Below, in pieces: positions 35,620 through 46,769 of a stretch of 64,000 nucleotides of DNA. A model generated the notes under the pieces. That model saw nothing but the letters and a program-made list of their open reading frames with translations. It searched no databases and was not told where the DNA came from. Positions within the stretch are counted from its first letter, which is position 1, and every line of letters begins with the position of its first letter. The translations under genes and the position numbers were made by a program. Source of the stretch: Eledone cirrhosa. Its lineage: Eukaryota. The stretch spans positions 409,696,001 through 409,760,000 of the forward strand of contig OZ024741.1 of the NCBI GenBank assembly GCA_964016885.1, read 5' to 3'.

Positions 35620-38270
35620 ATCACCTTGACCGACCAGTCTGTCGGGCGTCCATTCAGCGCCGCTAGTCATAGCACGCCGTCCATCCCTCTCTGGATCGTG
35701 CTTTCCTCATCCATGAGGAAAGCACGTATTCTTAAAATCGTAACTCTACCCTCGTGGAAGCCCTCCGAGTGGTCGTTTCCGCTCGCGCGGGTACCACTCG
35801 GCAACTGCGTGGGTCCACCGATTATCGGTGAACCGGGCGACGTGTCCAGCCCATCTGAACTTGCTGCGTATTTATTCCGTGATGACGTCCCTCACGCCGG
35901 ACTTCTGTCTGATGACTTCGCTCCTGATGTGCTCTCTCAACGAGATTCCTAGCATTGATCTCTCCATGGCTCTTTGAGCCGTTACCAGCCTCTGCTCTTC
36001 TCTCTTCGTTGTAGCCCAAGTTTCACTGCCAAATAACATTGCAGGTAAAACTGTGCTATTGAAGAGGTTGGCGCGGGTGGTCTTGTCCAACCTCCCCTTG
36101 AGCACATCCCTTATGCCGTTGAACGCCTTCCACCCGGCCCTTACTCTCCGCGAGATCTCCCTCTCAATGTCTCAGCGCATGTTCACTTCTTGTCCCAGGT
36201 AGACATATTCCTCCACCTCCTCTATTTCATCACCGCCAACCATTCGACCTGTTGGTACGTTGTCGGACCGCCGTATGAACTTTGTTTTCATGCTGTTCAT
36301 CTTGAGGCCTACTGCAGAGCTTTTGATGTCGAGCTCCGTCAGCATGGTCTGAAGCTGATCCGTGGTTTCAGCGATGAGTACGATGTCATCAGCGAAACGG
36401 AGGTGGGTAAGTATCTCGCCGTTGATGTTGCCACCGCCTTGCCAGTCAATGCCTCTGATGATCTGCTCGAGACACGCGGAGAAAAGTTTTGGAGAGATCG
36501 TATCTCCTTGCTTCACTCCCTTCTCGACCGGCACTCGTACGGGTGATGACAGCAGAGCTATGTCGGTGGTGCATCTGGAACTCGCCTCCTTGAGCAGTTG
36601 GACGTATTGCGCCTCGACTCCTTGCCTCTGCAGCGAGTTCAGCACTGCGTTGATTTCGACGCTGTCGAAGGCCTTCTCGTAGTCTATGAACGCGACACAA
36701 AGAGGCATCTTGTACTCTTTCGCTCGCTCAAGCAGTTGTGTCAGAGTAAATATATGGTCCATCGTGCTGTAGTTTTTCTGGAAGCCGGCTTGCTCTCTCG
36801 GTTGCTGTTCGTCCAGATGACGTGATAACCTGTTCAGGATTATCTTCGTGAACAGCTTGTACACGTGAGACAGCAGGCATATGGGTCGGTAGTTCTTCAG
36901 ATCTTCTCTATCGCTCTTCTTGTATAGCAGGATGGTATTCGACTCTTTCCACTGCGAGGGTATTCTTCCCTCGTCCAGATAGTGTGTGAATCGCTCGGCG
37001 AGGATTTTCCAGAGCTGCTCTCCGCCTGACTTCAACACCTCCGATGTTATGCCGTCTTTCCCTGGTGCCTTTCCGCTTTTCATCAAGCCGACGGCTCTTT
37101 CAACCTCATCGACAAGGATGGGTGGCACATTTTCTTCCTGTTGGAGTGACGGCAACGGCTGCACATTCCCGGCAGACTTGAAGAGCTTGGTGTAGAAGTC
37201 TTCGCAAACCTTTTCCACCTCACTCTTGTCGCTGACCGGTACTCCAGCTGTGTTTTTCAGGGTCGTCACTTCCGATCTGTACATTGTCATGTCCCTCTCG
37301 CATTTCTTGATGCTCTTCTTTTCCTTTGCGGCCTTCAGGAGCTTCTCCATCCGGTATGCCTCGAAGTCTCTCTTCAGTTGTTGACGTATCACTCTGCTGA
37401 GAAGGGAATATTCGAGGTGATCTTCAGGTGTCCTCTTCATATTCTTCCTCTTCTTAAGCAATTTCATAGTTTCCTCCGAGACTCTTCCCTTCCGCTCCCT
37501 CGGGCACATACCCTTAGCCTTCCTCAAGCACTACTTCAGTTTCCTTATCAGTGAGTCGTAGTCAGCGTCTATACCGTCTCCTTGATGCAACTTTTCCTGC
37601 ATAATGGCTTCCTGCATCTGCGCCTCGTTGAAGACCCGGACGCGTTCTCCCTTCGACGCCAAATGCAGCGCCTTCTTCTCCCTCGTCCGGTCGATGACGA
37701 CCTTCGCCCTCACCAGACGATGATCACTGCCAGTGTTAAATGGCGTTATGACGGAGACGTCCTGCAGTATTCGTCGCTTGTCGACCAGGATGTAGTCAAT
37801 CTCGTTTCGGTGCTCAGAATTTGGCGACACCCAGGTCCATCTCTTCTCCTCCTTCTTCCTGAATAGGCTGTTTCCGATGTAGAGCCGTCTCTCCTCCCCC
37901 ATGGTGACCAGACGCTCTCCTCTCTCATTTCGCTCTCCCAGGCTGAATCTTCCGACATACTCTTCCCCTTGCCGTCCCTGTCCGACCTTTGTGTTGAATT
38001 CTCCCATCACGACGGTGTAAGTGGACTTTGCTAGCACTTTGTCTAGCTGGCGATAGAATTCTTCAACTTCATCGTCGTCGCTGGCATTTGTGGGAGCCTA
38101 GGTCTGGACGATCTTGAGGGTGGCTTTCCCTGAGAGGTTCACGTTCAGTACACCAATCCGTGACGATATGAACTGGCAAGAAGTACTGAACGTGAACCTC
38201 TCAGGGAAGGCCACCCTCAAGATCGTCCAGACCTAGGCTCCCACAAGTGCCAGCGACGACGATGAAGATA
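35620..38270 (-). mobile_element. RTE-clade LINE (APE endonuclease + RT), 5'-truncated, few disabling mutations
   Basis: EN: VVMGEFN, EIDYILVD, GSDHRLV. RT: KAPGKDG, NYRPICLL, FIDYEKAFDSV, GVKQGDTISP, LRFADD, YVYLGQ; FGSETW. Confidence 0.93.
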
Positions 38271-38334
38271 TGTCCCAAGGCTCTGATACCATCAACACTA
38301 TACACACAGAGCTGGCATATCTAAGAACTGACTA

Positions 38335-38390
38335 ACTGCCTGATGAGGTCGTAGCCATTCAATGGCTATCATCGAAATATATATAGCAGT
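38335..38390 (+). ncRNA. minimal type I hammerhead ribozyme, same family as 20458-20512
   Basis: ACUGC-CUGAUGA-GGUCG-UAGCCA-UUCAA-UGGCUA-UCAUC-GAAA-UAUAUAUA-GCAGU; canonical core. Confidence 0.75.
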
Positions 38391-38784
38391 AAATAAAGGA
38401 TTATGAGTTCATGCAATTGACTTATGTTTCGTCACTATATATATATATATAGAAGTGGTTACACAACAGTTAGTTCACCATACCGAGAACTATTGTTTCA
38501 CCTTCGCGGATCTTTAGCTCGGGATGTGTATGGTTATAGGAACAGGAAGGACAACCGTACGAACGCGCTTGCGCAGAAACTCGGTCACTTCACACAGGCA
38601 ATACTAGACTGCGTGCGGGAGGTGTAAGGGAGATAACTGCGAAAGTCAGGAAAGTTTTTAGGTTGAAAATAAAATTTAAAAAATTAAAAATAAAATTACA
38701 AAGAATCAGTCCGGAGCCTTCTACCTAACTCGTCCCTTGGACTGAGTGCTCTACCACTACGGATATTACCTTCCAGTGTTCTAC

Positions 38785-38841
<57 letters not shown>

Positions 38842-39134
38842 TTCCCCTTGCAGTACGTACAATCTGGACACACTCACAGACACCTTGGTTTTATGCCAAT
38901 ACTATATATCATTTCACTCCTTTTATTATTAAGGTTTTTGATGTTCTATTGAGAGAATTGATTTTACTGAAAATATCGAATAATGTACACCATTTCACCA
39001 GTACCACAAAAATAATTACTGGTCCACCCACACACACACGCATACATTCTCACACACACACACACGCACGTGTATGCGCACACACGCACATATATACACA
39101 CACACATACACACGCGTACATTAACATACAAAGA

Positions 39135-39185
<51 letters not shown>

Positions 39186-39290
39186 CTCCGTATAAGACAA
39201 GAGCTGAAAAATCTTTTAACATGTTAAAATATCCCCCACACACTTACAGACACATTCCTACTGACCATCCTTCTACCACGAATTACTCTG

Positions 39291-39357
<67 letters not shown>

Positions 39358-39847
39358 TCTTAATAGGCATTTGAACTGTCAACAGGCTGCGGGACGCACA
39401 CACATCCCTGCTGACCATTATCACAACAACGAACCTCTTTACTACTACTACACACACACACATATTTGTTTTGAAAGACTTATTTATCAGTGACTTCTCA
39501 ATCAGCCGACACAAACCTACATTTGGCGCAAAATCAATTTTTAACATTCACATGACCTCTACCGACCAATCAAAATTGTTTTGACCACAAGAATTTTTGC
39601 AACACGAATTGGCGCAAAACTTATTTTAATACCGCTGGAGCCACTTTTTTAACATAAAAACAGGTAGAATTTCCAAAACTAATCAGATTAGAGCAAACAT
39701 CACGGACGCTCTATCTTAAAATTATTTTTGAAAAGCATTAGAAATGCGCAACCGGTAAAACTTAAAACCAAAACTGAATACTAACCAATATTATTACTAA
39801 TTCTCATTTATTCCTAATTAAACTATTTTTCACTGTGAACAATTTGT

Positions 39848-40332
39848 CAGCATTTTCTTTTCCGTTTACCAATATATCTTAACTTGTGTGTTACACCTCT
39901 ATTCTTTTAAATATCATATCCTCACACGAGATACAGAAAATGCCAACAAAAACGGATACAACCCTCATCAACACAAATGAAGAGATTCTACAGGAACTCA
40001 AGAAAATTAACACCAACCTATCTGTGCTGGTCGACAAACTTGACTCCACAAATAAGGAAACTGTCACTGGATACAAACCCTCCGAAATCGGCGATAAACT
40101 CCAAAACCTTTGCGATACGATCCAAACTATGTTCACTACTACCAACCCAGGAAAAACCAACGAAGAACCATGTGAGATTGATTCATACAAAATGAAAATT
40201 CGAACAATTCCAAAATAGAACAAATCCCTCAGAGACAGAAAGTTCTCCTTCTGGAAGATGATACAAAATCACAACAAAGCGGAGATATATGAAAAATGGC
40301 TTAACTCAACCCAGTATTTTCTTTTCCGTTTA

Positions 40333-40340
<8 letters not shown>
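39848..40340 (+). mobile_element. truncated retroelement-like ORF start bracketed by a ~30-bp direct repeat
   Basis: coiled-coil-like ORF 39886-40218 continuing past a stop (RKFSFWKMIQNHNKAEIYEKW); cag.attttcttttccgtttaccaatatat at 39848 and 40312. Confidence 0.35.
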
Positions 40341-40369
<29 letters not shown>

Positions 40370-40429
40370 ATTGATTACAGGTTAAAATATAGTCTAGATA
40401 GATGAGAAACAAAATGTAGTTTATGGAAC

Positions 40430-40900
40430 ACCCAAATGATTTAGAAGTCGACCTTAAGTAGGAGCAATAACATTAAGAAAGACATGAATGACACCACATC
40501 ATTTTGTTTTGAAAATTTTGAAAGTAGGTTTATAAGTCTAAATTTTCATAAGATTTTCGTAGTGGCCTAATAGTAAGTAAAAGAGACGGTGGAGATCCAG
40601 GTCTTGGGTTCAATCCTAGTTGGGAGGTACATGTAACCTTTTTCAGTTTTTATTTAACATCCCATAGAAAAAAATGAAAAGGCTTACCAGGAACCCTACT
40701 CCCGACCAGGATCGAACTTCAGACCAGGATCACCACCGTCTATGATCCCTCCAACTAGGCCACCCAGACAGCTACAAAACTATAATGAAAATTGATAATT
40801 ATAAACCTACTTTCAAAATCAAAGTTAAAAAGATGTGGTGGCATTCATGGCTTTCCTAGAGCTATTAGTCATATTTAGGGTCCACTTGTCAATCTTCTGG
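40430..40900. mobile_element. diverged foldback element with inward-facing tRNA-like heads
   Basis: arms gaaag.catgaatg.caccacatc..ttttgaaagtaggtttataa and its reverse complement; A/B boxes tggcctaatag/gttcaatcc (+) and tggcctagttgg/gttcgatcc (-). Confidence 0.55.
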
Positions 40901-41480
40901 CTTTTTGGTAGGAACCTTTTTATTCCTGTGTGTGTTTAACAAATTTAATTTGATTATTTTAAGAAACAAATAATACATATATATACAGTGGCGGACTGTT
41001 CAGGTTGCCATGTTGCCCAATGGCAAGTGTACCCCAGTGGGCCCACGGTAACATTGCAAGAGCCAACAGTAACATTGCAGGGCCCACTGTAGTATTTTAG
41101 CGGGCAATGCTTAGCTTTCAAAAAATACCTGAAGTCTAAGAGAAAGAATAAATTGTTGGTACCAATGAGTTAATGACATATATACACACATACATATAAA
41201 TACATCATACACATAACGAATGTGTAGGGATGCATGTATATGATTATAATATTTATATCCGTGCATGTGTAATACTAGTTACTTCTTTTAAGGTATACGT
41301 TAAATGCATATTTAGTATATTGTAGGTTTTTTTATAGATCTGTATGTATGTGTGCATGTACGTTTATATGTGGGTGTGTATGTGTGCGTGGGTACAGATG
41401 TGTATGTATATATATATATGCATGTGCATATATATGTATATGTGTATATATATATATATATGTGTGTGTATGTGGCTGTG

Positions 41481-41517
<37 letters not shown>

Positions 41518-41867
41518 ATACACAGACATATATACACTTATATTTTTTTACCTTTTTATTTATTTTTTTATTCTTTTACTCTTCTATTTTTCTATTTGCT
41601 TACTCATTTATTTATATATTTATTTATATGTCTTTATATATGTGTATGTATACTTGCATGTATGTGTATGGACATATGTGTAAGGTTACATGGTTTATAT
41701 TTGTGCAAGTATAACAGGATGCATCCTTCCATGGATGACCCTGTATGACCTTTTGTGCAGATTTATATGACTGTGAGTATATCACATGGGGTAAGGACAG
41801 AGATATATACATGTGTGTGTGTATCTTCTTTGTGGATGTGCGTGTACACGGAGGTAGTTGTGTTTTC

Positions 41868-44345
41868 ACGAGGTGGTAGAAGGCGGGTAGTCTGCTGTTC
41901 CTCGTGAGGCGGTTGTATCTCAACTTCCCAAGTTCCCCACTTACCACCCCGACAACCCACTCCACCCCCCACCCACCAACCACGAACTCGACACTAAACT
42001 CATCAGGCTAAAACACTCCATCTCGGTTATACTTCACAAACACACACACACACACACAACACACAACCTCACCAAATCTCAACTCACCACTCTCTCCAAC
42101 CTAAAATCGAAGAACCTCATCTATCTCCCCTCCGACAAGGGAAAAGAATTCTGCGTCATCAGCAGAGAGGCCTACAACACCCTGGCCCTCCAACACCTTG
42201 ACGATGACAACCTCTACTCCAAGGTCACGGGAATCACTCCCGCGCAGATAGAGGAGCAAATCAACGCCGCCTGGACCAACATCTGCGACCGGCGGAAGCT
42301 CCCAAAGAAGCTGAGATACAACCTCCTCACGAGGAACAGCAGACTACCGGCCTTCTACCACCTCGTGAAAACACACAAACGGGACCCGACCTGAAGATCA
42401 GGCCCATCGTATCGAGCGTGGAGGGACCACTCTACAAAATTTCATGGCTCCTAGCCAGAATACTCAAACCCATCTTAGACACCTTGCCAGGAACGTAAAC
42501 AGCTCCGAGGATTTGTTGGAGCGCCTGCATCAAATGGATCCCGACACTAGAAAGGCTAACAGATATGCCTTCAGCCTTGATGTAGTCGCTCTCTACACCT
42601 CGGTCCCGGCACTCCCGGCCGTTAATATACTGATGGAACGCGTCCAATCCACCGACCTACACTGCTTCGGGCTCACCACCACTGACTTCCACCAACTCCT
42701 ATCCATCGTCGTCGACAACACCTACTTCGGATTCCTTGACCAAACATACCAGAAAACCTCGGGACTGCCCATGGGTTCAAGCCTGTCGGGTGTGCTAGCG
42801 ATCAACACCTGCCACCCCAACGCCGTCGCCTTTTTCTCAAGGTACGTGGACGATATCCTCATCCTCACATCTTCCCAAGACACGGCGAACAGAATCTATG
42901 AGACGTTCATCAACACGGACGATAACATTAATTTCAGTGTTGAATACCCCAGCGACGACGGGTCACTTGCCCTCCTCGACTTCCGAATCAACATCACGGA
43001 ACAGGGAGGGATCCACACCAACTTCTACCGCAAGGCAGCCTGCAAGGACCTGTTCGTCCACCACAAGTCCGCCCTCCCTAACAGTGCTAAAAGAGGATAC
43101 ATCACGAACGAGATCACGCGAATTAAAAACAGATGCAGCGATCCCGCGAGTGGTGTCACCCATACCAAGCGATTCCTCAAAGTGCTGGAGACGAACGGGT
43201 ACCCTACCTCACTCATAAACAGAATAGGAGACACCAGTCGCAAGAGGCAGAGAAACGCACAAGGCAAGTGCTTCCTTAAAATACCACACCTGGCCGAGAA
43301 TACCACCAACGCTGTCCGCAAGGCTATACGGAGGGAGGGCCTCGACATCCACCTGGCCCACTCGGGCCCCTCCCTGCGAAGATGCCTCTCCAGGAAACCC
43401 GGGAAACCGACTGACGCGTGCTCCCTCAGAAACTGCCCGATGCGCTATACGAACTATTGCCTACGCACATACGTCGTGTATAAGATAGAATGTAACAAGT
43501 GCAACCACTACTACATAGGTAGCACAATCCGGCCGCTACACATCCAGATCAAGGAGCACATCAACACCAGGGCCTCGTCTTTCCGGAAACACATAACCAA
43601 ATGCGGAAACAAAGACGGAAGGCCCATTGTCACAGTTCTAGCGACGGAAAGAAACGTCGGCACATTACGAATCAAGGAAGCACTTTGGATCAAACGCCTA
43701 GGGCCACAAAAAAATAACCGATCTGAGAGAAGCGAAATGAGGTGGTTGGTTTAAGTAAACAAGCGAGACAACAACACACGCACACACACACAGTAGCATT
43801 CACCAAACAGGCAGAGAATACTACCACCACCACACACTATTCAACACTACTAATACAGAAACCAGCATGGCAGATAATACAATGGATTGACAACTAACGC
43901 CACCCACGCCCACAATTAAAAGAACTATTTCGGCCGACCTCTACTTGACCAACCCCATTTCACGCGCGCGCGCGCTCTGCTGAATACCTCAGATATTCAA
44001 AACAACACGAACAGTGGAGGACTTGTTTCGCACCTTTCCGACAGATACCCCCCCCCCCCGGAAAAACCCCCAGTTGATGGATGTGAATCCGAAATATATA
44101 GGGACAATGAAATCTCTCCCAAGGGAACTCTATCTCGTGTTATTATTTTTATTTTTATTTTTACTCTCTTTCCTACGTTCCTCTACACACTATACATCTC
44201 ATTCTACATTCCCTTACATCTCTCTCTTCACCACCGGATCTTGTTACCCGGAGAATTACCCATCTGCATTGTTGAGGCTTCCAAAACGGCCTAAAGAAAA
44301 TATATCTTATTATTCCACAATGCTTCAAGCAAACTTCAATACTCT
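41868..44345 (+). mobile_element. Penelope-like element (RT + C-terminal GIY-YIG, Cys-containing linker), frameshifted
   Basis: PSDKG, FYHLVKTHK, IRPIVS, FSLDVVALYT, GLPMGSSLS, RYVDD, LLDF, FYRK; CSLRNCP; YVVYKIECNKCNHYYIGST..IKEH; degenerate hammerhead in 3' region. Confidence 0.9.
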
Positions 44346-44365
44346 CTTATATATATATATATATA

Positions 44366-45251
44366 TAAATTAATAAAATAATGAATAAACAAAGAAACAG
44401 TTACTTATATTAAAAAAAATTCATCATTTTACGATCGTTTCTAGGATATATATGTGTTAGAGTTGGTATGCATATTCTATAGATCTATGTACAATATTTA
44501 TACAAACTATCAGAGGGAATATACATACCTACACATATATATGCTGTCTTCAGAAATAATGCTTTTTGTTTATTGAAAAAAACAAAGATTCAATACAATA
44601 GGTCTGTTTGGGAACAGGTTTTGAATTGACCAATAGAGAGATAGTGAGGGTCAAGATAGTAATATAGTAGTAGAAGAACCTTAAATTATGGGTAGAGGAA
44701 GGTAGATTTCAGTTTTGGATGGAAAAGAATATTATGAATGAAGGATTATTTTAGGGAAGAAATAGGTCTTATGCTGACCTCAGAAATAATTTTATTTGTT
44801 CATTGAATAAAACCAACAAAGATCTAATATATTCTGTCTGTTTGGTAAGAGGTTTAGAATTAACCAATAGAAAGTTAATAATTGGCCAAATAATAAAATA
44901 GTAGTAATTGAAGCTAATTTTAGGGGTGAAAATAGGTCAGGTAGTCAGTAAAAGGTATACAAGCAGTTGCTGTTATAAAATAGTAATGCCAATACAAATA
45001 TCTAAGGTGACTAAAGTTTTACGATAAGAATGTTAGTGAAAAAAATACATCTATGAAAAGAATATAAATTAATTTAATTGATGGGTATATTTATATTGAT
45101 AAAATTATATTAATACATATAGATATGATAAATAAGAGTTAGATGCAGTTGAAAAGTGCTGTTAAAGATGAGGGGAAATTAAAAGAATATAAAAATAATA
45201 TATATATATACACTTATATATATATATATATATATACACATATATACACAT

Positions 45252-45324
<73 letters not shown>

Positions 45325-45780
45325 TCTTTGTTGGTTTTATTCAATGAACAAATAAAATTATTTCTGAGGTCAGCATAAGACCTATTTCTTCCCTAAATAA
45401 TCCTTCATTCATAATATTCTTTTCCATCCAAAACTGAAATCTGCCTTCCTCTACCCATAATTTAAGGTTCTTCTACTACTATATTACTATCTTGACCCTC
45501 ACTATCTCTCTATTGGTCAATTCAAAACCTGTTCCCAAACAGACCTATTGTATTGAATCTTTGTTTTTTTCAATAAACAAAAAGCATTATTTCTGAAGAC
45601 AGCATATATATGTGTAGGTATGTATATTCCCTCTGATAGTTTGTATAAATATTGTACATAGATCTATAGAATATGCATACCAACTCTAACACATATATAT
45701 CCTAGAAACGATCGTAAAATGATGATTTTTTTTAATATAAGGAACTGTTTCTTTGTTTATTCATTATTTTATTAATTTAT
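44366..45780. mobile_element. AT-rich foldback element: ~460-bp inverted arms around ~500-bp core
   Basis: 44366-44825 is the reverse complement of 45321-45780; flanked by (TA)n. Confidence 0.8.
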
Positions 45781-45908
45781 CTTGACTCTGTTTTCCGTTT
45801 ATTTTTCACCGAAAGTAGTTTTTGAATGCATCTTCTCTTTTCATGATATCCGGATTACATTGAGTTCATACGGATTGGACACTACCGTGAACTTTTGGTA
45901 GATTTATC

Positions 45909-45981
<73 letters not shown>

Positions 45982-46409
45982 TAAAATAACAGATTAAAGT
46001 TTAAGCAAAGAATCGATGCTTTCACCCTTAACGGGATCTTCTGAATTTATTATTATTACTATATATATATATATAACGGGATCTTCAAATTTATTATTAT
46101 TATTATTACTATATATATATATACAAAATTAAGATAAATCAAATGAATTTAATCTAAATCAAAATTATGGGTGTCATGCCAGAAAGACATGCGCCATATC
46201 ACCCGCAAAATAAGCTCTAAGATTCTAACGAGTAGGTCCGAGCATTTTATAATAACTAGAAATTGATTAACATATAAATAAACATGAAAAATCACAGGAG
46301 ATAATTTTTACAAGTGTGTAACCACACATAGCTAGGTAGGTAACTAAATAAAGGTAACTAAATCTCCTGTGATTATTCATGTTTATTTATATGTTAATCA
46401 ATTTCTAGT

Positions 46410-46489
<80 letters not shown>

Positions 46490-46769
46490 TAACAGATTAA
46501 AGTTAAAACTGATAATTTTATTGTTTATGATTCTTACAGAATGAAAATATAAACATATAATACAATTAATCCTTCATAGTTGCACGAACAACATTACAAA
46601 TCGTTTGCAATTCCTTCAGAATGAAAATATAAACAGCATATAAATAAATTTACAGTAGAATAACATAACAAATATGTTTTAAATATATACATAAATAACA
46701 TTACAAATGCCTCGGTAACACTACAAAGGATGTTACAATAAAAGATATATTCCTTCAATGCTACAATAT

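Noticed and set aside
36190-37195. Plus-strand ORFs overlapping LINE, CRE and PLE ORFs (also 4275-4721, 47062-49765, 43025-43693)
   Set aside because: Antisense shadows of GC-richer retroelement coding sequence with no recognisable motifs
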